From: Mizuhopecten yessoensis
Lineage: Eukaryota
Assembly: GCF_002113885.1 (NCBI RefSeq)
Contig: NW_018404123.1
Span: forward strand, 307,716-371,715
Length of the DNA stretch: 64,000 nt
Reading direction: 5' to 3'
Part shown: piece by piece, positions 56,301 through 63,669 of the stretch
How positions within the stretch are numbered: the stretch's first letter is position 1
How the letters are laid out: each line of letters starts with the position of its first letter
Notes under the pieces: generated by a model
Told to the model about the DNA's origin: nothing
Database searches by the model: none
Seen by the model: the letters and a program-made list of their open reading frames with translations, nothing else
Translations under genes and position numbers: made by a program

Positions 56301-59300
56301 CTTGTTGTGCATGTGATCACCATGATCTGAAAATATCTTGTATGCCATTATCAATGTCAAGGTCACATTAAATAACACATATCTGTTCTTTACCACTACA
56401 GGGATCACAGGTAGGTTGTCTGTTGCCGTGGTGATTAGGTGTTGCTAGTATTGTAGAAATCCTGCATGAGTTGTTATTATTAAGTTTGTTCCTTTGATTT
56501 CATCTTCGCTCACCCACAGTTGATAAGTTTGTGGGTCACCGATGATACCTTGGTTGATTGATTTTCTTCAAAGGTCAAAGGACCACCTCTATGGTCTTAT
56601 GATAAGTGGACATATAGCTTTACAGTCATCAACAAAGCTCTCAAAATAAGTTAAAGCATGTTAACTGAATCTTGAGATATAATGATTATGACACTCATTT
56701 AAGCGAACAAATGAATGTGCAGCTGCTGCAACAATTTTTAGTAAACATCAATCTGCATGTAAAATAAGACATTTTCGTTATTATTTCAAAACATGTGATT
56801 ATATGTTTTAATATATATGCATATGTTTTGAGCTAATATTTCCTGTATCCTTTTGAAAAGATATCAATTTGCATTTTCAGAGTGGAATAAAATATAGGAT
56901 TTATTGTAAAGTCACATAAATGTCTGTTGATGATTATATTTTGCCATCCTTTTTGAAATTATTTTGAAACCTTATGTATATATGTTTCAAATGAAACTAG
57001 AAAGATGAATAAAAAATCGTTAAGAAGCTCTTTTTTTCAAACAGAGGGAGCTAACTCCAAAACACGCCAAATATTTCCCAGTTATCTCCCTTGTAGGGTA
57101 CATGAAAACAATTTGTTGTCATTCCTCCAAAATATCACCTTGTCACTACATCTTTTCGTTTATACTTATTGGCCCATTGTTGTATTGTTTGTGTTAATGA
57201 TGCTTTCCAGGAGCTAATTACTTTGAGCTTGAAATTGACAAACGATCACTCTTTTAGTATACGGTTTGTTAATCCTCACTTTGAAAGGAGTACGTACCAG
57301 GTAACAAAACCATATAGAGTATAACATATTGCCGAGGATCATATGGAAGTTAATATTCCCTCAAAAAATGTCAGTGTAGACTGTAGCTTAACAAGACTAA
57401 ACATGATGTGCTTTAGAGTTCTTTGCAAGGGAGTTAACTCCCCAAGATCTACCCATTATTGGATTGCCAAAGTTATTTCAAGACTGGAAAAGTTTCTTAT
57501 TTATCTGATGTATCATTATTCAGTTTTTTTTATTTCATTTGTGAATTGCAAAAATTATTTCACTTGTGAATTGCAAAAACAACGATATGTTAAACAGAAA
57601 TCCCCCTCGTGGTACATGTAGTTATACAGCTGTATTATACATGTACTCTAAGTGATCTGGCCTCAGACTCCTCTTTGTCTTCTGTTATCAATAACTCTAC
57701 CTGTGAGAGCTAGCCTACAATATTAATTCTACATTTCAAAAGGATTGTTTTGATACCAGTGAATTTGATATGTCATTAAACATTTCTGCTTGCTCCTCAA
57801 AATTATGTGATAAACTGTACACATATTATGTAACATAAATATATTACCTCAAAGTTGACTAATTAGACACTGACTGCATGAGCATGCCAACAGATTGATG
57901 ATGGGAATGTCTAAACTTTAATTTATAACAAAAACATTAAAACAATAATTGAAAAAAACAATCTAACAACCTACATTGATATGGCGTACCAATGTGTGAT
58001 GAGCATGTAGTTGTGTGCATGTTGCTAGATTTTACAGTGTTAGTCACTAACTGTTCATTAAGTTACCATACATGTCTACCAATTGTTTGTTGACCTTTTG
58101 ACCTTCAACTGTTGTAGGGGTCAATCACATTTGTGTTTCCATGTGACCGCTGGTTGGCACGAGATGAGGACGACACAGCAATAGAGCGGGAACTCATCGC
58201 CGGCAAAGTCCATCAAGAACTCATAGGGAAAGATGGACAGGTCAAGAAAAAGGACATCAAACTCCGTGACCAGCTTCAAAGTAGGTCACACCACTAGGTC
58301 AAAGATACTTGATCCTCATAATGCTATGATTAATCATAAGAAATGTTATTCAGTAGATTTAGGCACTGTGATAATGCAATATAACAAAGCTTAAGAAAAA
58401 AGGAAAATATTTTCATCAGCCATCAATTATCATATCTAGCTGAATCTTTTGCTAATGAGACATTTGAAAACGTCTTCAAAATCAACACTAAAAAGTCTCT
58501 TTTCTTCATGTTTGCAGACAAGCATTATGTAGTGAATGTCCACACGGGAGACGTGAGTGGGGCGGGTACTGATGCTAATGTGTTCCTCACTATCTGGGGT
58601 GACCGTGGTGACAGTGGGGAGAGGAAGCTACACAAGTCAGATACCTACAGCGACAAGTTTGAACGCAACCATGTGAGTCGTCTGTGTAAATCACTCAGTA
58701 AATAAACCCTCTTAATGTCAAATTCAGAAGGTCAATACAATAGATCCTATCTTGAGAGACCAGTCTTCTGCCAATAACCTGCCTTAAGAGACCACCCCTA
58801 CTGCCAATAACCTGCCTTTAGAGACCACCCCTACTGTCAAACAGTAATGCTATTTCTCATTGATAATGATATTTTGTGTAGAGATCTGAACTGTTTTGTT
58901 AAATTTTGTTGACAGATTGATGTCTTCAAGATGGACATTGTTGATTTAGGAAACATCTACAAAATCAAAATTCGCCATGACAACTCAATGTTTAACCCAG
59001 CCTGGTATCTTGATTATGTTGAAATAATTGACCAATCAAACAACCAGAAATACATGTTTCACTGTGAGAGGTGGCTCGCTAAGAACAAGGACGACAAAAA
59101 GATACAGCGCTCCATCTATGTCAAGGTCAGTAGTTTTAAGAGTAGATGTTAGAGCTGGGAGATAGACCTCTCAGGGATTGTTACCTTATTGTGATTTGTA
59201 AAACAATACCAATACAATACTACGATAAAATGTAGTTTCATGTTATTTACCATGATTTTTATCAAATGTACTTAATTAATTTCATGACATCTGAAATTGT

Positions 59301-62300
59301 GATTTTTGTCTATTACTTATGCCCAGTGAAAGTTATTACTAATTGTTATGATAAAGGGAGGTAACCCATTAAGAATTATCTTTATAATAGGGTTTGATGA
59401 TTTCCATGATTATTGAATAATATTGGTTAATTGTAAGGGCTATGACGGTGAGATGGAGTCCAGCACAGGGACACTGGGTACGATGAAGTCCACACGCTAT
59501 GGTTCTGTGGCCAGTCTCGACTCCCTGAAGAGTACCGACCCATTCTCTAAGTCCCCCCGTCTATCACGCAAACAGCAGCTCGCTCAGGAGGAAATGCCTG
59601 ATGGTGACAGTAAGTTCAATAAGTGAATGGAGTTTATCCAGAAAATATCATTATATTAACAGTATAGCTAAAACAATCTTCCATTCCCTCATACAGGGTA
59701 ACATGGGAATTTCACAAAGATATTAGATGAAATTTAAAAAACAAGATTTTTTCTTAAATTTAGGTCTATCCTAACTGTCATTCTTCCTTCCTAGATATTT
59801 CCTCTATTTTAATAACTCATTTTGAGTGACCTGTGTTAACTGACCACTCGTCTAAACTGACCTCTTGGGGATACAGGACAGGTTTCCTGTGGATATGTAA
59901 TAAAGGTTCACATTAACCTAACTCTTTAAAAACTTGAAAACAACTGACACGCAAACCCTATTTTAGAGTGAAACCCCCCATTTTGGACCCTACATTTGGA
60001 CATATATAGTCAGTAAACTTGCTAAACTATTCCTATGTTCTAAATATTAATGATTTTATCTCAAAATATGCCATGCCATTCTAAAGTGCTATTTTTTACT
60101 TAAAGGGTTTTATATCCTGACCTTTTATACCCTGACCTTTTATATCTTGACCTTTTATACGCTGACCTTTTATATCCTGACCTTTTATATCCTGACCTTT
60201 TATACCCTGACCTTTTATACGCTGACCTTTTATTTCCTGACTTTTTATATCCTGACCTTTTATATCCTGACCTTTTATATCCTGACCTTTTATACCCTGA
60301 CCTTTTATATATGTTTCAAATTTTGAGCATGTGCAATCTCCCCCATTAGAATTTCAAATGGTCAGCAAGTATATATGTATGTTACAGTACACAGTACATG
60401 TTTAGCTTATCCATTAAAACTCTACACTTTGACACCAATATTTGCATACAAGAAATATGTGATACATAAAATGAGTAATGTTTCATTGTTACAGCAATAC
60501 CATACACGATTAAGGTGTCGACGGGGAAGGGGAAGGATGACGGCACCACTAGTAATGTGTGGGTGCGAGTCATAGGCCCGCGCAAGAGGGACACTGGCCG
60601 ACTGTTCCTAGAACTCGCTCAGAAGGATCGTTTCATGGCTGGTTCTGTAGAAACCTTCTCACTGGAGGCTGTAGACGTAGGCGAAGTCAAAAAGCTGGAG
60701 GTAAGATTGATCAAACATGTAGCTTGTATTTCCGTGGTTTGTTTTATTTTTAGCTGCTACTTATATTTGTGATTTAGAACTGCCTGGATATAAATGAATG
60801 AAATTAGTAATAAAAGACGCATATTTCCTTAAATGTTTTTGAATATTCAAGTCATGTTAGCCATTTGCAATTTTGTCTATTTTTTCCCTTTAAATGAATT
60901 ATGAGTGATGAACATTGATGGAAAGGATTGACATGGGTAATTTACAGAAGACCATAAATTGGGAAAAAAAGAAAAGAAGAAACTTGAGAAGAAACATTTT
61001 TCATATATAACTACCAGATCTATACAATAAACCTCATTATAATGCTACATACTCCTATACTGAAATACCTCAGTACAATTTTACTCATTGTCTCTGGTTG
61101 ACAGATCGGCCATGACGGTGAGGCTCCGGGAACAGGCTGGTTTGTGTGGGAGGTCAGTGTTGATGTGCCAACCAAGGGAAAGCACTATGTGTTCCAGTGT
61201 AAACAGTGGCTCGCCCGCGATAAGTCTGACGGCAAGACGGTTAGGGTGTTCACTCTGGATGATGGTGTCAGTACTGTTACATCATACAAACCAAGTAAGT
61301 GTGGTACACCATTTGATCATGGCTGTCTGAGCTTATCAGCAGAAGACGTTTTCACACCCCTTCCAACACCTTCACTGGTACACAAATTATGAATGTATAT
61401 CAATCTACAGCAATGAGGACCTACCTTCTTTCCAAGGGCTCATTAATTAACAAATGTAGATCATTATACTACATGTATATGTATTCCATATGGTAATTAG
61501 ATTGCTTGACCTCTGACCTTGTGTTATAGTGGTACAATACGAGTGTGAGGTAACAACGGGTGACATCACAGAGGCGGGCACGGACACTCAGATCACACTT
61601 ACAGTGTTTGGAGCCAAGGGCACTTCAGCTCCCATCCCTCTTGAGAAGGTTGGAGACAGATTCGAACGAGGTCACAGTGACCTCATCAAGGTATTATATT
61701 GGAACCAATAAAAGTTCTGTACATTTAAATTTCATTGCAAATTTATTTTTAGAAAGTAGCAAACATTGAGAATTTGTTTTCCCCAAAACTAGGACAGGTA
61801 ACATTGCATTTGAAAAATATTGGTAAACTTGAAAGTTTGAAAAAACACTGATGTACATGCATAATCTGGTCGATATTGCATAGGAAAGTAGAGAGAAATG
61901 AATTATATTGAGTTATTGTTTCATTGGTGGAAATAAATAAATTGTTTTGAGTAACTTGTTCACAGTTGGAAATGGAAGATGTTGCACCTATAAAGAAGAT
62001 CAGAATACAGACCAATGGCAAAGGTAGCCGACCAGAGTGGCATCTGGAAAAGGTGAGAGGTTATCAAGGTCAAGGTGAAAGGTCAACAGTGACTGTTATA
62101 TTTTCAGACTAGAATATAATGCTATCTTGTGTTATGTATTTAAAGCTCAGTTGAAAACAAGATATGTAAATACCCAATAATTTATAAATTCTCCTTTGCA
62201 TTTGTGTTGTTTCTATGGTAACAGTTTTGGATTATATTTTAAGCTGACGCTGCGTAGCTATGAGACTGATGCCCTATCCGTGTTTGAGGTCAATGATTGG

Positions 62301-62964
62301 TTTGGCAAGAAGAAGGGCGTATTAATGCGGGACATCGCTGCAAAGGAGAGAGGCAAATTTGTCATCAAAGGTGAGCGAGTGGTAACCTGCCCTGAAAACA
62401 CTGCTGTGTAATGGGAAGGTTTGTATAAAGACTACCACACAAATAGAGCAAAAACTGCCATAATAGATGTATGTCTTTGTAGACAGGTTGTCATTTTTAT
62501 AGAAAACCTGACTTAGGGTATCCTTAAGATGGTAGTCATTGACAGATGTTGTAAAAAGATAGGTGACCCTATAGGCAGGTGGTCTTTACAGATGGATGGC
62601 CTTAAGGCAGACTCACTTTACATTAATAATAATGTGCTATCCCTATATTACGGTCCTAATAATATCTCATTAACAACAACTATTATAAGTGTCTGACCTT
62701 CACATGATTTGATTTTTGATTTCCTGGTTGTAGAGACGTCCTACAAGATTTCGGTGAAGACCTCTGATGTGAGTGGCGCCGGAACAGATGCCAAGGTGTT
62801 TGTGACTTTGTTTGGAGCCAATGGTGATACAGGTGAAATCCATCTGGATAAGTCGGAAACGTACAAAGATCCATTTGAGAATAACCAGATTGATGTGTTT
62901 ACGATACAAAAGATCCTCAGTGTCGGAGAACTGTCCAAATGCCGTGTGTGGCACGACAATTCAG
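2188..62964 (+). CDS. LOXHD1: Lipoxygenase homology domain-containing protein 1 (multi-PLAT/LH2 protein); 39 coding exons in window, 3'-incomplete
   Basis: Repeated PLAT signatures (Y-x-V-x-T-G...AGTDANV...G..G...FE.G..D.F...GHDNSG...GW.L..V...F.C..WL..DDG...REL). All 38 junctions are GT-AG and phase-compatible. Repeat order and linkers (e.g. [30 protein letters not shown]) match my recollection of vertebrate LOXHD1. Confidence 0.93.
2657..4960. repeat. 43-bp minisatellite, ~50 copies, with related degenerate repeats at 2350-2660 and 4990-5510
   Basis: tactcaggtgagaccacattctggttgtcgttcactttgatct. Confidence 0.95.
6124..6514. repeat. 43-44-bp G-rich minisatellite, 9 copies
   Basis: gtgtttacctcaccaatttgtagagaggagggtggggaagggg. 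Confidence 0.95.
9233..9379 (+). CDS. LOXHD1: LOXHD1 exon 2 (APMRRITTN...RRAPYA)
   Basis: tttttcAG|, |GTATGT; phase 1-1. Confidence 0.8.
9759..9913 (+). CDS. LOXHD1: LOXHD1 exon 3 (RKKDVYS...[13 protein letters not shown]...AAAAV)
   Basis: tttacAG|, |GTAAGC; phase 1-0. Confidence 0.85.
10356..10517 (+). CDS. LOXHD1: LOXHD1 exon 4 (start of PLAT1)
   Basis: [18 protein letters not shown]; AG|, |GTAAGA; phase 0-0. Confidence 0.9.
10780..10953 (+). CDS. LOXHD1: LOXHD1 exon 5 (PLAT1)
   Basis: VFVTLKG...[10 protein letters not shown]; |GTGAGC; phase 0-0. Confidence 0.9.
10974..11228. repeat. 42-bp tandem repeat, 6 copies
   Basis: attgtgtaatacttacaataaggatatggttagtttggctaa. Confidence 0.95.
11302..11467 (+). 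CDS. LOXHD1: LOXHD1 exon 6 (end of PLAT1)
   Basis: [15 protein letters not shown]...FVCNQWL...RELFP; |GTAAGT; phase 0-1. Confidence 0.9.
11758..11887. repeat. ~130-bp imperfect palindrome (foldback/MITE-like)
   Basis: Arms of about 58 bp (…gtccctttgtccagctatgactca / tgagtcatagcctgacaaagggac…) around a 13-nt loop. Confidence 0.8.
12007..12251 (+). CDS. LOXHD1: LOXHD1 exon 7 (PLAT2)
   Basis: YEIVTVTGD...[14 protein letters not shown]; phase 1-0. Confidence 0.93.
12774..12909 (+). CDS. LOXHD1: LOXHD1 exon 8 (end of PLAT2)
   Basis: IVVSDL...[20 protein letters not shown]; phase 0-1. Confidence 0.92.
13263..13407 (+). CDS. LOXHD1: LOXHD1 exon 9 (PLAT3)
   Basis: [20 protein letters not shown]; phase 1-2. 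Confidence 0.93.
13951..17078. repeat. 30-bp minisatellite with 22- and 37-bp variants and higher-order blocks
   Basis: caactctcactggtgtagcgctataataacagt-like unit; the unique flank at 13796-13950 is recopied at about 14338-14495. Confidence 0.95.
17143..17245 (+). CDS. LOXHD1: LOXHD1 exon 10 (PLAT3)
   Basis: SDEFML...[15 protein letters not shown]; phase 2-0. Confidence 0.93.
19486..20815. repeat. 38-bp minisatellite, ~35 copies
   Basis: aaaagtgaccccaggtctagtacatgtagtggtagtat. Confidence 0.95.
22667..22770 (-). CDS. Nested gene, terminal coding exon ([34 protein letters not shown])
   Basis: Minus-strand acceptor tttccttttcacAG at 22771. Phase 1 matches the donor at 24681. Supplies the Y.R...QEP...WYECG..IP ending expected of the ABI3BP/FNDC1 C-terminal domain. 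Confidence 0.85.
22841..23200. mobile_element. MITE / non-autonomous DNA transposon, ~360 bp, with ~75-bp imperfect terminal inverted repeats
   Basis: tccatcctcgatctccagggg...cccctggaatatgtcatagcaaaattgaag is mirrored by cttcaattttgctatgacatattccagggg...cccctggatatcgaggatgga. Confidence 0.85.
24682..26872 (-). CDS. Nested gene, large coding exon: secreted coiled-coil protein with start of a TARSH/FNDC1-like C-terminal domain
   Basis: 2.2-kb open frame. ATG at 26872 starts a hydrophobic signal peptide ([23 protein letters not shown]). Heptad-rich Q/E/L/S sequence with many N-x-S/T sequons. Minus-strand donor G|GTAAGG at 24681. Upstream minus-strand acceptor tcatttttacAG at 27019, so the exon probably starts at 27018. 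Confidence 0.9.
27747..27942. repeat. 49-bp tandem repeat, 4 copies (alternating A/B variants)
   Basis: gggtgtaacccaaaca(t/g)cttcacatggtactacaggggcctgtggtagt. Confidence 0.95.
28289..28488. repeat. 33-bp tandem repeat, 6 copies
   Basis: tatacctttatacagactgagagtgtaatttac. Confidence 0.9.
29043..30700. repeat. 49-50-bp minisatellite, ~33 copies
   Basis: gggcaaatagtcccaggatgtacatagtagctaaaaatcctccccagaga, drifting to gggaatagtgccaggctgtacatagtggc variants. Confidence 0.95.
32561..32693 (+). CDS. LOXHD1: LOXHD1 exon 11 (end of PLAT3)
   Basis: VIIDD...[14 protein letters not shown] completes the PLAT begun before the 15.3-kb intron; phase 0-1. Confidence 0.93.
32964..33347 (+). CDS. LOXHD1: LOXHD1 exon 12 (whole PLAT4)
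   Basis: 384 nt, phase 1-1, |GTAAGT. Confidence 0.94.
33385..35400 (+). mobile_element. 5'-truncated, decayed non-LTR retrotransposon (L1/Tx1-like ORF2: reverse transcriptase plus CCHC tail)
   Basis: Motifs [51 protein letters not shown] and C.FC....ET..H.LWDC. In-frame stops at about 33715, 34201, 34291 and 34358. Boundaries approximate; a 3' UTR may extend to about 36540. Confidence 0.9.
35695..36310. repeat. Degenerate (GAT)n low-complexity tract around a gap
   Basis: gatgatgat runs. Confidence 0.9.
35854..35987. other. Assembly gap (N run)
   Basis: 134 N. Confidence 0.99.
36655..37038 (+). CDS. LOXHD1: LOXHD1 exon 13 (whole PLAT5)
   Basis: [21 protein letters not shown]...[11 protein letters not shown]; 384 nt, phase 1-1. 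Confidence 0.94.
37309..37463 (+). CDS. LOXHD1: LOXHD1 exon 14 (PLAT6)
   Basis: [16 protein letters not shown]; phase 1-0. Confidence 0.93.
37760..37917 (+). CDS. LOXHD1: LOXHD1 exon 15 (PLAT6)
   Basis: TDIFTLEAV...[16 protein letters not shown]; phase 0-2. Confidence 0.93.
38427..38497 (+). CDS. LOXHD1: LOXHD1 exon 16 (end of PLAT6)
   Basis: [15 protein letters not shown]; phase 2-1. Confidence 0.92.
39155..39348 (+). CDS. LOXHD1: LOXHD1 exon 17 (PLAT7)
   Basis: [20 protein letters not shown]...NKFERGKTD; phase 1-0. Confidence 0.93.
39951..40143 (+). CDS. LOXHD1: LOXHD1 exon 18 (end of PLAT7)
   Basis: [19 protein letters not shown]...[12 protein letters not shown]; phase 0-1. Confidence 0.93.
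40550..41186 (+). mobile_element. Non-autonomous Helentron/DINE-like element spanning an assembly gap
   Basis: T-run then ATACGCCCGTC (40555) with inverted copy GACGGGCGTAT (41150), (GCGG)n microsatellite, 3' hairpin TACCGC-TC-GCGGTA, terminal CTTGTT. Confidence 0.7.
40611..40996. other. Assembly gap (N run)
   Basis: 386 N. Confidence 0.99.
42336..42350 (+). CDS. LOXHD1: Candidate 15-nt microexon of LOXHD1 (adds about RRRGP to the PLAT7-8 linker)
   Basis: TACTGAC branch-like motif at 42301, pyrimidine tract, TGC, ctAG|GACGCAGAGGGCCAG|GTAAGC; frame-preserving and stop-free in phase 1. Confidence 0.55.
43619..46399. repeat. 31-bp minisatellite, ~90 copies
   Basis: acagactcaacagtccatggacatccatagt; near-perfect core at about 45640-46200. 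Confidence 0.97.
46780..47095. mobile_element. Probable decayed interspersed repeat with nested inverted repeats
   Basis: attcacccccttg / caagggggtgaat and agggttgaga..gggattcccctat / ataggggaatctcaaccct. Confidence 0.45.
47288..47379. mobile_element. Tiny TTAA-flanked MITE (92 bp including both TTAA)
   Basis: TTAA-CTCATTCACCCCT ... AGGGGTGAATGAG-TTAA, perfect inverted ends. Confidence 0.7.
47498..47789. repeat. 29-bp tandem repeat, ~10 copies
   Basis: atcatctatagagtataacagtatgatag. Confidence 0.92.
47974..48134 (+). CDS. LOXHD1: LOXHD1 exon 19 (PLAT8)
   Basis: [22 protein letters not shown]; aAG acceptor, weak GTCATA donor; phase 1-0. Confidence 0.9.
48128..48378. repeat. 27-34-bp tandem repeats starting at the exon 19 donor
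   Basis: gttcaaggtcata core repeated. Confidence 0.85.
48665..48751 (+). CDS. LOXHD1: LOXHD1 exon 20 (PLAT8)
   Basis: [29 protein letters not shown]; phase 0-0. Confidence 0.92.
48725..49006. repeat. ~70-bp tandem repeat, 4 copies, overlapping the exon 20 end
   Basis: ggatggcatcttgaaaaggtaggagttatcttctc. Confidence 0.9.
49394..50346. repeat. 28-bp minisatellite, ~34 copies, ending at the exon 21 acceptor
   Basis: actgattgctgtaacagtatgtgtgttt. Confidence 0.95.
50347..50713 (+). CDS. LOXHD1: LOXHD1 exon 21 (end of PLAT8, with charged insertion)
   Basis: VLIQRH-[basic/acidic insert][22 protein letters not shown]; phase 0-1. Confidence 0.9.
51993..52144 (+). CDS. LOXHD1: LOXHD1 exon 22 (PLAT9)
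   Basis: [20 protein letters not shown]; phase 1-0. Confidence 0.93.
52281..52518. repeat. 48-bp tandem repeat, 5 copies
   Basis: tctcccttcacatgtaattactattgagggtaaactgtgaactaatag. Confidence 0.93.
52801..52934 (+). CDS. LOXHD1: LOXHD1 exon 23 (PLAT9)
   Basis: EDIFKM...[16 protein letters not shown]; phase 0-2. Confidence 0.93.
53075..53217 (+). CDS. LOXHD1: LOXHD1 exon 24 (end of PLAT9)
   Basis: [22 protein letters not shown]; aAG acceptor required for frame; phase 2-1. Confidence 0.9.
53479..53583 (+). CDS. LOXHD1: LOXHD1 exon 25 (PLAT10)
   Basis: [22 protein letters not shown]; phase 1-1. Confidence 0.92.
53884..53992 (+). CDS. LOXHD1: LOXHD1 exon 26 (PLAT10)
   Basis: [22 protein letters not shown]; phase 1-2. 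Confidence 0.92.
54186..54370 (+). CDS. LOXHD1: LOXHD1 exon 27 (end of PLAT10)
   Basis: [15 protein letters not shown]...[15 protein letters not shown]; phase 2-1. Confidence 0.93.
54533..54570 (-). mobile_element. Helentron-like terminal remnant
   Basis: AACAAG followed by hairpin agatccc-aga-gggatct; same terminal layout as 41165-41186, in reverse. Confidence 0.35.
55034..55212 (+). CDS. LOXHD1: LOXHD1 exon 28 (PLAT11)
   Basis: [22 protein letters not shown]; phase 1-0. Confidence 0.92.
55831..55947 (+). CDS. LOXHD1: LOXHD1 exon 29 (PLAT11)
   Basis: [26 protein letters not shown]; phase 0-0. Confidence 0.92.
56402..56410 (+). CDS. LOXHD1: Candidate 9-nt microexon of LOXHD1 (GSQ, PLAT11 loop)
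   Basis: tctgttctttaccactacAG|GGATCACAG|GTAGGT; phase 0, like the host intron. Confidence 0.4.
58118..58280 (+). CDS. LOXHD1: LOXHD1 exon 30 (end of PLAT11)
   Basis: [19 protein letters not shown]; phase 0-1. Confidence 0.92.
58518..58672 (+). CDS. LOXHD1: LOXHD1 exon 31 (PLAT12)
   Basis: [20 protein letters not shown]; phase 1-0. Confidence 0.93.
58916..59125 (+). CDS. LOXHD1: LOXHD1 exon 32 (end of PLAT12)
   Basis: [13 protein letters not shown]...FHCERWLAK; phase 0-0. Confidence 0.93.
59438..59609 (+). CDS. LOXHD1: LOXHD1 exon 33 (Ser/Thr-rich linker, PLAT12-13)
   Basis: [11 protein letters not shown]...; aAG acceptor, |GTAAGT; needed to convert phase 0 to phase 1. Confidence 0.87.
60108..60310. 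repeat. 15-bp tandem repeat, ~13 copies
   Basis: ttttatatcctgacc. Confidence 0.93.
60495..60700 (+). CDS. LOXHD1: LOXHD1 exon 34 (PLAT13)
   Basis: [22 protein letters not shown]; phase 1-0. Confidence 0.92.
61105..61294 (+). CDS. LOXHD1: LOXHD1 exon 35 (end of PLAT13)
   Basis: [13 protein letters not shown]...[12 protein letters not shown]; phase 0-1. Confidence 0.92.
61530..61690 (+). CDS. LOXHD1: LOXHD1 exon 36 (PLAT14)
   Basis: [16 protein letters not shown]; phase 1-0. Confidence 0.92.
61966..62052 (+). CDS. LOXHD1: LOXHD1 exon 37 (PLAT14)
   Basis: [29 protein letters not shown]; phase 0-0. Confidence 0.92.
62244..62370 (+). CDS. LOXHD1: LOXHD1 exon 38 (end of PLAT14)
   Basis: LTLRSYET...[12 protein letters not shown]; aAG acceptor; phase 0-1. 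Confidence 0.87.
62734..62964 (+). CDS. LOXHD1: LOXHD1 exon 39 (PLAT15, continues beyond window)
   Basis: [22 protein letters not shown]...RVWHDNS|GTAAGT; phase 1-1. Confidence 0.93.
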
Positions 62965-63669
62965 GTAAGTAATACTTGATTGACATGTCTTATGTGATTC
63001 AGATGCATTGTGCTCAAGACATTTGTGAATTGTATACCGGTGTCCTATAAAATATTTATCCCCATAAGATAACTATCCGGATGAGTATTTTATGCATAAA
63101 ATATTCATCCGGATGAGTATTTTATGGGGGATGAAAATTTTATATGCCACCGGGAAATTTTCTCCCAGTCAAATATTCTCCCTTTTCCGATAAAAACCTG
63201 TTTGCTAAGTGTTAATTTTGTCCTTCACATGGAAATTTTATTTATTTTGTGTTGTGTACATAAACTTGCTGCCATGATAAGTTTGTCATCATTGGGAAGG
63301 GCGAAAACGGTATACAGTGTAGTACTAATATACCTATAGTCAATCTCTTTATGGAGGAGTTAAAAAAAAGTGGTGTTAGATCAATTAAGTCTTCATTGAG
63401 GAAGTAACATGTCACTAGGAGAACTCTTCAGTGAGAAGAAAGAAAGGTGTAGTGTGACAGAAATTCTTCAGTGAAAAAAAAAAAAGTGATGTTTTTGGAA
63501 ACATTTTCCTGCAATAAAAGAGTAATAAGGGAACACTCAGCTAAATGTCATGTAACTCTATTTGTTATCTGTAAATGTGTTTGTTTCAATATGTTTGTAA
63601 TCATGTAGTATTTGTACTAAGGACAACACAGAACTGTTGATAGTTGGACTCTATACTTAATATAAGTAT

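Noticed and set aside
2188-62964. Calling the gene a lipoxygenase or polycystin (PKD1-like)
   Set aside because: Only tandem PLAT repeats are present; no catalytic lipoxygenase domain or transmembrane segments.
63031-63316. Possible MITE with 9-bp inverted ends and an internal palindrome at about 63073-63113
   Set aside because: Inverted ends too short to call without copy-number data.
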